This document shows, in pieces, positions 38,801-52,200 of a DNA stretch of 64,000 nt (the first letter of the stretch is position 1; each line of letters opens with the position of its first letter). The notes beneath the pieces are model-generated. The model saw only the letters and a list, made by a program, of their open reading frames with translations. It searched no databases and had not been told where the DNA came from. The position numbers and the translations under genes are program-made. This stretch comes from Bugula neritina (taxonomy: Eukaryota; Animalia; Bryozoa): the NCBI GenBank assembly GCA_964035545.1, contig OZ037767.1, positions 10,240,581 to 10,304,580 on the forward strand, written 5' to 3'.

Positions 38801-41800
38801 CTGATCTGTTAGCTAGTATCCTGGGGATTGTATTGTATTTTGTAGGTCAAGGGAGGCAACTCTTTGCTCCACTTTGGATGATTTTTTGTGTTGTAGAATC
38901 ACAACCATTTTTCTGCCAATATTATTTGGTATATTATATTATATTGTAATGTGTAGCTGACTGCACCTGTTCATAGTCGAGTGTTTCAATAATCTAGCTT
39001 CATTTCTAGGAGTTAGGTTGCAACTGTGTGTCATCGCGAAGCTGTTTTAAACTAGTCTCTTGTATTTCAGATGTCCAAACTATCACTTTCAACATTCAAA
39101 CTCTGCAAACTAGAAATCATTTATCGGAGCTCTGCAAAGCCCTGCATTCCGAGGAAATGCTGAAGTTGAAGTTGGGGTCCTTTGCTGACTCTCTAAAGAT
39201 GGCATTTCACTGGATTGTAAACTATCCAAAGACAGTAGTTACCGAAGAAACCTCTGCCAACACTTTGTCTGTCTGCGTGAAAAGGACGGCCAGCAGGTGA
39301 ATATTTATATTTTCTTAGATAAATGTGCAGCAAATGGGGTTAGAAATAGCCTTGGTATGGCAGAAGTAGTGTACCGGGGCAGGGCTTCATCCTTTGTGTA
39401 ATGACAGGCTACCAGCTGATGCCCACATCACACAACTCCACCTGCGGCTTTGTTTTCTAATAAATCCTTGTTGATTCATCCTATAAGTATTATATATTTC
39501 ACACACATGCACGCTCACCAACAAACACACGTATTTTACACTACTAATATTTATTTCTATTAGCATTTCTCCGTCTTGGCCGAGTTCCGTGTACAAGCAG
39601 CTATATCGTCTACTCAAACCTCTTGCACATCGTTTACTCTCCATTCCACTAAACAGCGGGGAGGGATCAACACCGCCCCCCACTGTTATGGATGTACTTA
39701 GAGAACTGTGTGCTACAGCTTATATTGATTGCATTGTTAAGGGTTGTCTTGTGCCGTCTGTGCCAACCAACCAATCAGATCTTGACAAGTATAAAGATGT
39801 CGTCATGGAAACTAAGAAAATTGAGGTGTGTAGACATTTATATAGCGGTAATACAGTCATACATAGTTTGTCTGCTTTCGAATTGCAGCTTTTTACTGTT
39901 GAACCTGTACTGTTAAGGGTTATCTTGTTATAAATTTTAAAATAGTGTCTAATTGAATCATGTTTGGATTGATTTTGTTTTCAATGAATAAAGAATTTTG
40001 ATTGCATTTTCATTGATATTGAAGTATGACTTATAAAGCTTAAACAATTAAAGAAGCCCAAATATCGGTTGCTACATATGATTTAGTTTAAACTGGAAAA
40101 TGCCAGCTGAATGGGAAAATATGGAAAGAAATTAGACAACTACAAACATATGTTTGTTTTAGGACTTCTTCCAACAGATCGGGTTTATATCACCCACTTG
40201 TACATCGCTGACTTCGTATCTTGGTAACATCAATGTCCTGTTTGCTAATAAGAAATGCCAGCGTTTGCTGTCACAAGCTCGTAAACTTATGAAAATGGAG
40301 CTGTTTAATACTATACAGCTGGACGAGAAAGACAACTCCAACAACAAATGGTCCTCATTTATTGCCAAGTTAGTACCAATTTACACTCACTTAGCTAATT
40401 AAATTCATGGCATGAGACATTGCATAGAACTTCTATATCTTACAGAGATTCTGATCTGGTATTGTAAGTGTAAGCAATGTATATGTTAAACAGTGAACAG
40501 TCACATGTACATGTGTACGTGTGTGACTGGTCACATATACATGTATACGTGTGTGACTGGTCACATGTACATGTGTACGTGTGTGACTGGTCACATGTAC
40601 ATGTGTACGTGTGTGACTGGTCACATATACATGTATACGTGTGTGACTGGTCACATATACATGTATACGTGTGTGACTGGTGATGAGACGTCTTGCATGC
40701 ATGCGAAACACCATGATTGCTTAGAGCTGCGCCACTCTTTCCCTGGCACCATTTTATCCAGTTTGTTTTTTATCCACATACTACAATTTCACTTCAAAAA
40801 ATTATGTGAACATAATGATATGTAGCATTTCATTTATTGTTATTCACTAATATTATATGTCATGTCTAGATATTGTTTGTCTGGAGTTTGTTAGCAATAA
40901 GAGCCTCTCTTGTGTCATAGTCTCACCATCTCTGTGTTGTTATGTAAGTGTCATATGCTATATGATTACAGGCGAGACGACTCCAACTCTAAAGATATAG
41001 ACTCCCAGATTGAAAGACTCAGTGAAAATACTTTAAAATTTCCTGCCTGCGCCATTAGGTAATTCCTAGAAATAAGTTTAGTTGTGTCTCTACACCTTTC
41101 TTTTCTGTGAAATTGGCCCCTACCTTACACCACTTATTTTTTAGCTAATGCTATGTATCACTTCTACCTCGTATTTACCACCACTTCTAACCTACTTCTA
41201 CCTTGCACTTATTTCTACCTTTCACATACCTTTATCTTTTACCTCTCTTCACCTTTTACTCGCATTTTACCTACTACTTTTCATCACCCGCCTCTACCTT
41301 TCACCTGTGCTTTACCTACTTTCTTTCTCTCGCCAATGTATAATATGCATTTAATTTCTTTCCAGTGAAAGCTGCATGGAGCTTCTGACCTTGGTGCATG
41401 AGATGATGGAAGAGGCTTGCATATCTGGCCATGCAGCTTGCACAACACAGATTCTCTACACCATACGCAGCATGTTTGAACTGTACACCAGCGTTGTTTC
41501 CGACCACCATAGAAACAGTATTGAGACACTGCCACAAGTCTCTGGTGAGATTGGTTATACTATTCTGACACTTGCTTGAGATTGTCATGTCTCACTTTAC
41601 TGACACTTGCTTGAGACTGTCATGTCATGTCACACCAAACTGACACTTGTTTGAGATAGTCATTTGTTACTATGCTGACACTTGCTTGAGATTGCCATGT
41701 CTCATTATACTGACAATTGATTGAGACTGTTATGTCATGTCACGCTTGGTGTTGCATTGCTGTACAAAGTTTTCACATTATGGTGACAGCTTCTTCTGTT

Positions 41801-44800
41801 GATTGCAGCCCTCTACTACAACAACTGCATGTTCCTCTCCCACCAGATGATCCTATTGGCTAGTCAGTATAAACCTCGTCTGTCCAGTATCCTGCAAGAT
41901 GTCAGTGCAGTCACATTCGTAGACTTAGTTCCACTGTTACGGGCTCAGGGCACCGAGTCTTTTCTTGACCAAATTCAGTTTCAGAAAGAAAACTTGCTGG
42001 AGTACTTGCAGGCTGCTGAAGGTTAGTCTATGCTCTAGCTCAGTTTCCTTTTTGTTACGGGTGTAGACTCCCTCTCCCTCACCAGCAGCAATGTTTCAAA
42101 TAAGAGAACGACTATTTTACACTACTTGTGTTCACCTAGTCGCTTAGGGGACCATAACAGACTATCACCGTAGTGACTGGGTGTCATAGTTTTACGGAAA
42201 AAGGAAACCCTTAGGAACATCAGAAAAGGCCAAATATAATATTGCTTTTAACATTTGTGATAAGTTTTCCAAGTTTTTCCAAGTTTTTTATGATTTTTCA
42301 GTTTTGAGAAGTATTTGCTTGATTAGTTAATATTTCTCTTTCTATGAAGTACTGTTGACACTTGGGCAGGTTTTAAATACACGGGAGTAGAGGAGAGATA
42401 CCAGATAGCTCATCAGTCTATCAAACAGTGCATACACCAACTGAGTCACCTGAAAAGAGTCTGGGTTGATGTACTACCTGCTAGCAACTATTCCAAGTCT
42501 ATCGGTACTTTCTAGCCTTCACATTGCGTTTAGTGTCTTTATTGATCTTTATATCTAATAGATGTTGTGATGTAGATATGTACTGGGAGGAATGATGGTG
42601 ATTTACTTCTATTCCTTGTTGTTTGCAGGTCATCTAACAGCTTGTGTTGTAAAGGAAATGATGTCAAGCATAATGTCATTAGAAGACATGTCTTCAGATG
42701 ATGCTGCCAAACTGCACCAACTTATCACCATGGTAACTGTCTAACAGCCTGTTGTATGCTATACTATGTCTATACTATATAAAATTTCTATACTATACTA
42801 GGTGTATACTATACTATGTCTATACTATATACTGTGACTATACTATATACTATACTATATACTATTGTTATGTATATACTGTTATGTCTACAATTTTACT
42901 ATAATATCTCTATACTATACTATATACTATATCTATACTATACTATGTCTATATTCTATACTATGTCTATACTATATACTATGTCTATAATATATACTAT
43001 GTCTATACTATATACTGTGTCTATACTATATACTGTGTCTATAATATATACTATGTCTATACTATACTATGTCTATACTATATACTGTGTCTATACTATA
43101 TACTGTGTCCATACTATACTATATACTATGTCTATACTATATACTGTGTCTATACTATATACTGTGTCCATACTATACTATATACTATGTCTATACTATA
43201 TACTGTGTCTATACTATATACTGTGTCCATACTATACTATATACTATTGTTATATCAGGTACGAGAAGCGGCACCTGGTCTTTTCCCTGGAGACAAGGTT
43301 TCGGCTGTCGGTTCTCTGATGAAACACTGTTCTGGTTGGAGCAGATTCCTGGAGCTGGACATTGTGCTGACTGCCTCCCTGCACGACATTGTGGACCGGT
43401 GGTCAGAAGGAAAGGGACCTCTGGCTGCCGAATACTCTCCAGAACAAGTTAGTAGTTGTCTCTCTTGCTTACTCTCAGTAGTTGTCTCTCTTGCTTACTC
43501 TCAGTAGTTGTCTCTCTTGCTTACTCTCAGTAGTTGTCTCTCTTGCTTACTCTCAGTAGTTGTCTCTTTTGCTTACTCTCAGTAGTTGTCTCTCTTGCTT
43601 ACTCTCAGTAGTTGTCTCTCTTGCTTACTCTCAGTAGTTGTCTCTCTTGCTTACTCTCATCAGTTGTCTCTCTTGCTTACTCTCATCAGTTGTCTCTCTT
43701 GCTTACTCTCAGTAGTTGTCTCTCTTGCTTACTCTCAGTAGTTGCCTCTCTTGCTTACTCTCATCAGTTGTCTCTCTTGCTTACTCTCAGTAGTTGTCTC
43801 TCTTGCTTACTCTCAGTAGTTGTCTCTCTTGCATGTGTGCTCTAGTCTTATGTTGGCTCTTGGTAATCGTCTTCTATGTTAGTAGTTATCATTCCCATGC
43901 GATGTTCCTGTAACGTATTGCTAGTTGCCTTCTCGTGTATATAATACTAATAACCTGGTGGTTAATATGTTAATTCAAGACTCTCTGTAACAGAGAATGA
44001 AAAGAAAACTATCAGTATAAAAACTGACATGTCATTTTTATGTTTATTAATTTGAATGATATTATCGAAGCAGCATTAGTGCTCGGTCTAAAATCTTCAT
44101 ATATTTTGTATAAAGTTCTGCAAGTTCAACTGCAAAATGCCTGCTTTTTAAAATTATTTTTGCAACTTTTACTCGCATTTATATCCTTAACTCACGAGTT
44201 TTTGGTATAAAATGTGCAAGTTCTATGTAATAATAAAATTGCAATCAAAAATTTCAAGCTCCCAACTACACCCAAATGTGTCTGGCCTTGTTTTTCTCAC
44301 CTATTCTCACCGCTTTGTCCTGTTCTGGTAGCGGAGTAACTGGCCTTGTAGTTGTTCTAGTTGACATAATAAGAGTATGAGAAAGATGTCTGAATGAACT
44401 GAACAATGATGACACATAGAACTGGTACTTGGTCCTAGGTAGCTTGGTTTTGCATGGACTGGTATAAACATATTAGCTGACTTGCTTGCTGCTATGTAAT
44501 TGTCAGAATAAGGTAACTTTCACGGTGATGTAACTATTAGAATAAGGTGACTGTCAAAATATGGTAATTGTTGGAACAAGGTTGGTGCCATAATGTGGTA
44601 AATGTCTGAACACCTTGTTGAATCCATAGCTAAGAGATGCAATGTGTTCACATTTATTAGCAGTATAACTAAATTATATCCAAATGTTACCTCATAAAGC
44701 TGATAGCTGGGCTGTTAAGTGTTAGTCGCAGGCAAAATATAGGGTCGGTGTGAGAGAATAAACATTGGTCTCTAAATGAAATGTTATTTTATTGGTTTGC

Positions 44801-45216
44801 GTCTGTTACTTGTTGGGTTATGTCCTATGCTAATGTTTGTGAAGAAGAAATTGATATAAAAATATGAAATTTCTTTTTCTTGTTGTTTAATGTGATTGTA
44901 AAATATCATTGCCTATACTTAACAGTTTCCATTTTGCCCAACCAAATTATACCATTTCAATTACATTTTTATCCCTTTGTAAATACTTGGGGGAGGTGGT
45001 GGTCTTGTAATCAGGCCTAATTCAACTGGTGCCTTGCAAAAATAAACCTCACAACAATTTATGGTTGTTCTCAAAGTTTCATTTTTTCCAGTAGACTCTA
45101 GTGGCAACTGTTGCAGACTCTCCATTGAGTTTGTGTTATTTTAGGTAAAGTCACTGATCAGGGCACTGTTCCAGAATACAGACAGGAGAGCTGCAACTCT
45201 AGCCAAGATATGTTAG
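35865..45216 (+). CDS. ZW10: Centromere/kinetochore protein ZW10 homolog, ~748 aa, 14 coding exons
   Basis: Exons 35865-35901, 37054-37256, 37487-37720, 38241-38340, 39071-39296, 39564-39825, 40163-40368, 40972-41058, 41366-41544, 41809-42021, 42370-42504, 42629-42732, 43259-43447, 45145-45216. Peptides: MSSFIAETLMSAG, FANKKCQ, FPACAISES, AALYYNNCMFLSH, ASLHDIVDRWSEGKGPLA, VKSLIRALFQNTDRRAATLAKI. Confidence 0.95.
37781..37962 (+). mobile_element. tRNA(Thr)-derived SINE, copy 1
   Basis: A-box CGGTGTAGTGC, loop TTTGTAA, B-box GGTTCGAGTCC, then a body shared with the copies at 46.5 and 56.3 kb (AGCATCCAGTCATAATT, CCTCATCTGAATAA, CCCTTTCCATCA). Confidence 0.85.
40501..40680. repeat. 30-bp minisatellite x6 (TCACATGTACATGTGTACGTGTGTGACTGG)
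   Basis: Six near-perfect tandem copies in two variants, with the internal palindrome CACATGTACATGTG; lies in a ZW10 intron. Confidence 0.95.
41565..41740. repeat. ~35-bp degenerate tandem repeat (CTGACACTTGCTTGAGA...)
   Basis: About five copies in ZW10 intron 41545-41808. Confidence 0.85.
42760..43250. repeat. TATAC-based compound minisatellite filling a ZW10 intron
   Basis: (TATACTATATACTRTGTC)n; explains ORFs 42816 and 43069. Confidence 0.95.
43449..43832. repeat. 26-bp minisatellite (TAGTTGTCTCTCTTGCTTACTCTCAG) starting at a splice donor
   Basis: About 14-15 tandem copies immediately after exon 43259-43447. Confidence 0.95.
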
Positions 45217-45388
45217 AGTTGTCTTCTTTTTTTCCTCCAGTTACTTCTAATACACTGACTTGCTGGTGACCGTATTATATTTAGCTACGTATTGTATGTG
45301 GCTGCCCTGAGTGCGGGTGGTTGGCTGATCGCCCCCTTCCTATGCTAAATGACCCCCTCAGCCCTGCTAATGTGAAGATATCGAATAC

Positions 45389-45549
45389 TTTTACAAGCAG
45401 CGCCGAGTTGGGGGTAAATGAGTGCAGTAGTTTGGTATTCTCGAGTCGGGAGTAGAGGGTTCCAAGTACCAGCCTAAACCCTCAACTCCGAACTCCAGAA
45501 TCTCAAACTACTGCACTCAGTCACCCCCAACTTGGAGCTACTTATAGAA
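45389..45549. mobile_element. Fold-back MITE with ~70-bp inverted arms in the probable ZW10 3' UTR
   Basis: AGTTGGGGGT.A.TGAGTGCAGTAGTTTG pairs with CAAACTACTGCACTCAGTCACCCCCAACT; it lies between the stop (45216) and AATAAA (~45875). Confidence 0.8.
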
Positions 45550-46273
45550 CAATTCTAATATATCATTTGGTGTATTTGCAATATATTGTTTATAAGTTTT
45601 TGAAGTTGGATTATTTAAGTGAAAAAGTGCTTTAGTTTTGTAGTTCTGAACGCCCGTAGCATGATGTAATATAGATAATGCATTTCATATTGTTTTGCAC
45701 GCTACTGTTATCATAAAATTATCAGCAGAAATATCATATAACCTGTATATATTACATGTAACCAGGTAGTATATATTATCTGTTATATCTTAGTTCATTG
45801 GACCATTTTATGCAAAATTATGTTTGGTTTTTGCTGTGAACTAGTGGATACTAACTCTGAATTGCTATTTATGCAATAAAGTAATTGTTATAATTACTTT
45901 AAAAGATAGTGTCCAATGAAATATCGCATTTTCTCGTGAGTTATTCTACAAGTTTTTCACTTCATTTAAATATGACAGCATCCAGGTAAATATTATCGCA
46001 TGCTATATCCAGGTAATATTATTGGCTATAAGTGCATAGGCAAAAAGACTCTACCTAAGTGATATCATGCCCAGGTAAAAAGGATCTTCCTAAGTGATAT
46101 CATGTGCAGTGTAATTGCTGATGGTGTGATAAGAGCAGTGGGAAAATGCCATCTGGTGTTTATTCCTTCAAAACATTTCATGTTTTATACTAACGCTGAG
46201 TACATCTCAACTCTAGACTGAAAACATGTCGGATACTATTGTTAATCCTCAGCATTGTGATAGTATGTGAGAG

Positions 46274-49200
46274 ATGTGCTCACTAAGATTGTTTACTATT
46301 GCGTTGCTGGTAGTTTACACCTCAGCATGCACCAAGCTTGTGTTGAACCTTTCTGAGGAGATAGATGAGTACTTTGTGAATCAGTACAGTCACAGACAGG
46401 TATGTTATGTCTTTCTATTTCTTGTATGTACTGAAAGATGCTGGAGCTTGCCATGAGGTGATATTGTATACCAGGCTTTAACTTATTATGGTATACTTAC
46501 ATTACATGGTATGCTTTAACTCATTCTGGTATCTTTACAATATATAAAAGCTCACGCAAGTTTATAGTCGCTATCCCTATGTAAACCCCTGATGGAAAGG
46601 TTTTCTTAAAGCGGGCTAAGGATCTATTCAGATGAGGCACAGGAGTAACTATGACTGAATGCTCTTCCTAACATCACCAATGGTCTTTACTGAGGTTCTA
46701 ACCCATGACTTTGGGTTTACTAAGTCGTTATAAATTATGCTTTAGCTCATTTTGGTAAAATATTATAATATACAATTACATTATATTATCATAACTCATT
46801 GTAATATAATTAGATTATATTGTAATTTAGTTGTATCATTTATTATACTCCAAAACATTGTGGTATATGGTTATTTTATAATACACGTATTAGTACAGTT
46901 ATATTGCTGCTATTTGTTACAGTTTATTAGACTCGATAAAGTGTTTGACTACAGGACTTGTGACAGCTACAAGTTACTGGAGTCTGGCAATGTCACTAAC
47001 ATACAATTGGAGGGGAACCAAACGGTGGTTGTTTGCTCACAGATGGTTAGTTGTAGATGTTGTAGTCTTTAGAGCTGTGGTAATCATGAATCTCTACTCT
47101 AATTATGTTTAGAATAGAGAAAAATTTAGTTACTGAATCAACAGTTGAACACTTTGTGCTAAGCTATCTTGATTAAATGTATTTTTTCAACTTTGCTAGA
47201 AATGTCTTCATTCTTACAGAAAATAACCAATTTACAAGTAGATCAAAAAATGTTTTCTTTTGACGAAGTAATGCAGAACGTTTTTGTTGCACAACCATGA
47301 TATGTGAAATAAATGAAAATTATGGTATGTTTTAAAAGAATTGTCACACACTTAGGTACAGTTACTAGTATACCATCAGGACTTATTTACTCCCTGTGTT
47401 ACTTTTGAAATTTTGAAGTGTTTTCAAAATAATGACCTTTTAGTGGAAATTGTTTCAGCTAATTATTCATACCATTATCTACTCATTTATTTGTTAAATA
47501 ATAATTATATAATATGTAAAATTAATGTGTAATAACTAATATATAATAAATATTAAATTATTGTGGTTCGTAGCCCCATCCCACCATCAATATACTTTAC
47601 TTGCAAGATCTCATGTTATGTCTCTTCAAAGTTTATATCAGTAAATTATGTTCCTTTCAGCAAAGAAGTAACAAGTTGTACCATTTCAGTGGAGTAGACA
47701 ATGGGACAACTTCTTATGTCATCTGGTCTAATGAAACTCACCATACACAAGGTGTAGATCTGATTGGTACAGGTATGTTGCTTGTATTACAGTTTATTGG
47801 CAGTACATACACACAGAATCTAATATGTCTCATAATACGTGAATGGAGACTGAGTGGCCATGCTATCAAGCAAAACTGCATTTACCTCGAAAGATAATGA
47901 TTGGTGAAAAGCACTTCAACATTTGCAACACTGGCATGCAGAATTTTTGACTAAAGTTTATGAAAATTGTGCAATAGTATTTTTTGTCCATATAGCACTG
48001 CAGAACTCCATTAACTTAAGTTTTTATTAAAAAGCCAACTTAAAATCATTATTAAGTGCAGATGGTTTGCATCTTTGTTGTCAACAAATTTTGTTTACAT
48101 AAAAAATATGATATGTTATATATCTAATCAGATAAAAAAAAAAGTTGTAGCTGTATAAACTGCCCACAAATTGAAATTCTTGAATCTATGCATAGCTTAA
48201 ATTTATTGTGGAAAATTTACATCTAAGTTTAACGCTTAAAAACACATCGGAACCGCTGAGCATTTTTATGCTGCTATTTTGTAAAATTTTAGCAAATACT
48301 TGAAACAGTTGAATTTAATATTAAACCGAATGGCAAGGGGTTTTAGATGTATATCTAAATTAACCTTTGTGTTTCAATGGATGTTGTTTAAATTAAATTT
48401 ATTAAAAATTGTCAATATTATTACAGCGATATTTTTAGTAGCATACTGAATAAACAACAAAATACAATTTACTGGTGTTCTGGAATAGATATAACTTTGA
48501 ATTCTAATTTTGTTAGGTCTATCTACGGATTTTGACTTTGGATCTGTCAGCTATTCCGTCCTGAAATACTCTGAAAATGGTGACCGAGGATACTTCACCG
48601 TTGATGTTGTTTGGACCAACCCATTCCCTTCACGTATGTTTAATGCTTTACCCTGTGTAATATCTGGCAGCTGTAGGTATTTTAAATTTGAACAACCTGG
48701 TTTAAATTTTCACCTGTTGCTGTGTGTCAAATTGGCTGTTGTTGGTCAGAGGTTGATTTATGGGAAACCAACAAGTTAGTATTGTGAGCTTCTACAGCTG
48801 TGTGCTCTTACCTTATATATACTGACCTTCACCTTACCTTATATATACTGACCTTCACCTTACTTTATATATACTGACCTTCACCTTATATATACTGACC
48901 TTCACCTTACCTTATATATACTGACCTTCACCTTACTTTATATACACTGACCTTCACCTTACCTTATATATACTGACCTTCACCTTATCTTATATATACT
49001 GACCTTCACCTTACTTTATATACACTGACCTTCACCTTACCTTATATATACTGACCTTCACCTTACCTTATATATACTGACCTTCACCTTATATATACTG
49101 ACCTTCACCTTACCTTATATATACTGACCTTCACCTTACCTTATATATACTGACCTTCACCTTACCTTATATATACTGAGTTTCACCTTACCTTATATAT

Positions 49201-52200
49201 ACTGACCTTCACCTTACCTTATATATACTGCTCTTACCCTACCTTTTATATACTGACCTTCACCTTGCCTTATATAGACAAACCTTAAGTTGTATAGACT
49301 GATATTTATTTCTTTGTAAAAATAGTGCTTCACTTTTATTTTTAGTGTCGAGACAGTTTTGGGAGCCACCATTCTGCTACCAGTCCCCAGGCAACGCCCC
49401 ATGTGCTTATATAAACTCCACAGCAATTCGTCTGACCTTGTTACCGGCAGCAAAGGCTGTTCAGACTGACACTATACTACATGTATGCTCTTCAGTACTG
49501 CTTCTTTACTCATAGTTTCAGTTCAACATTATTTTCTGAAGTTGAATAATTAACCAAAATTAAGTGTAAATAAATATCAAAATAATAAATTAACGAATGC
49601 TATAATAATATAATAATAAACAGTTTATGATTTTAAAGTTTGTTAAAAAAAAATTTCAATTATTCAATTTTTGCTGATTCTGTAAGACTGTAGAGCCTAT
49701 GATGGGCTGCAGATCAGGCTTGTCCTTCATGCTTAGTTTTTAATGTGATTATGTTTTGGCATGTGGTCACAGATTTGGTGATCTTGTTATATCATCAGTA
49801 ACTTTACTACCAACATTCCTACTTGTGTTCATTATTATGAAATTTATTACTAGGAACATATTACAAAATCTAATAAAAACGAGTTTGTGTGCATAAAATA
49901 AATTTATCATCCTTAATGGTAAAATCTGGATTTTCTCATATAGTTTAACCAAAAACCTCTTCTTTTCCAATGAAAAAACTTCTGTTTCTGATAGTAAATT
50001 TTGTTGTAAAACTTTAAGCCTAGTTGAGTAATTTTTTATTTCTTAGCGTTTTCTGTCTTAGTCTAAATTTTTGCGGTGTAACATCTGCTGTGCAGTCTAC
50101 GGTACATACTCCATTTTATTTAGCTGCATCCTGGACGGATGCCAACGTGTCCCTTCAAACTCCCGCCAGTGAGGATGAGACCTTCTGACTGCCCACCAAA
50201 CTCCTCCTTCTGCAAGTCTAAATGTTGGTTCCTTTGAATGTCTTACCAGTGATATTATCACTCAACTTATTTGTTATATGTTCACTATAATAGCCAATAT
50301 TTAGTCACTATAATAGCCAATATTTAGTCACTATAATAGCCAATATTTAGTCACTATAATAGTCAATAATTAGTTTCTATAATAGTTAATAGTTAGTTAC
50401 TATAACAGTTAATCAGTAGGTGCTATCACTATAATAGTTTGGTCAATCTAATAGTCACTCTAATAGTCAGTCACTCTAATTGTTGGCAACAGTTAGTCTC
50501 CAGTTACGCAGTACTTAATTTTATTTGCTGATCAGTAGTGCGTCACTGTATTAGTCAGTGGTGAGTCACTGTATTAGTCAATGGTGAGTCACTACTCTGA
50601 TACTAGTAGTTTTTAGTGTTATGCTGATACGGTTAATGGTTGTGTGTATCCTGCAGGCTCAATCAAAGCTAATGTGGAGAATGCCAATATAGAGGTTGTT
50701 AATGCCACTGGAGTTGTCCTCACATGGTATCCTCCCGACGACAAGGAAGACGTGGCAGCTTATGCTATTAGATGGGGAATCCTTGACGACCTGGAAGGTA
50801 CTAGAATGTTTTTGTACTTGACTTCTCACTGACGTGCTGTTTTAAGGATAGATATTTCTGATATGTTGTTTTCATGGCGTGGGGATTCGTAGAAAGCCCT
50901 TGTTCCTCTATCAGATTACCTGTGTCAACATTTGCTGTTTAGAAACTGTTCAAATTAAGTGTAAGACTCTGAGGCTTTGAAATCTTATGCAAAAAGTTTG
51001 GATTGCTAGATTTTAATTATCTATCAATAGCATAACTTTAAAATTTTATTGGAGGTGTTGAAGACATGTTGGAATCCCCATAACTTTATAAGTTTAATAT
51101 GCACGGTTTTGTTGAATAATATTCCAACAACTCACATTGTTGCTTGTGTTTTCCATTTTCTATTTTGATTGCTAATTTTGGAATGAAATCATTTTTTACA
51201 GTTTAATTTCTTGTTTGCAGAACATGAATTAATGAGGAGATTATAGATTATAATATAATTGTATTGTATAATTTTGTATTGTCTTTTCAGGAGCTTCGTA
51301 CAAATTGTGTATTATGAAAAGTCAAATTTATGTTTTATATTAAGACAAATATTTTTACATGGCTTGGAACGGAGGAGGTGATAAACCCATCAGCATCAAA
51401 TTGAACTCGCACTGAATCCTAATTCTCTGCCGCACAGCTTACTGCCGATTTATTATTTCATGTAGAGGACTCCGCATCATTTCCTATAGACTGCTCCACA
51501 GGCTTCTTCTGGGTCTTGCCTAATTCTTCGGCCGAGAAACAAGAGTGCAGCTTTCATGTAGATATCGCGGAATTTTCCCACAAGTATATAGCTGCGCAGG
51601 TAAGAGTTTCCTGTGTACTGCACAGGTAAGACCTGTCATCTACAGTTTCATGTCTACTGTAGAGATAAGAGTTAGATCTCACTGTTCATCATTCAGACAG
51701 TCCTTAGCAGCTGTTGGTAAAATCCTGTATTCACTGCAATTTGTAAATTATAAGCTACACATGCAGGTCAAATTATTATTAAATTTGTACAGCATCTGTT
51801 TAAAACAGGTGAAATTGTAATATAAAGCCTTCATGTTGTACATAGTTAAAGAACATTTTGAAGTCGTGTTCTCAAATGTCATGTATGTTCATGATCTTTA
51901 TAATTGAATTGTGGTGTTTAAGAGGGGGCAGGATGAGCATCCGCCCAACTATAGACTTTCGCAGTAGAGCTAGTTTTATCAGTTACATGTTTTTTAAGTC
52001 TTACAAAACACAAAACATTGTCAAGCATTGTAATAGATTTCAGTACATGAAACTTTATTAAATGCCACACATAGTTTTTGGCTATTATTTTTATTATAAT
52101 TACTACATATGTTTAATAACTATATAATTAGAAAATTATAAAACATTTGTTTGTATGCTGAATGTTTGCTACGTTTCAGGTTGTTGCACTGTGTGAAGAC

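Noticed and set aside
40433-40825. His/Cys/Trp-repeat ORFs or CRISPR-like array
   Set aside because: Head-to-tail 30-bp minisatellite with no unique spacers, intronic in ZW10; the same applies to the 38-bp array at 52637-52946.
50212-50217. GC-AG donor (T/gcaagt) in the RTK
   Set aside because: A canonical donor at 50168 (CCA/gtgagg) joins in phase to the acceptor at 50616 and gives a more plausible Cys-paired linker.
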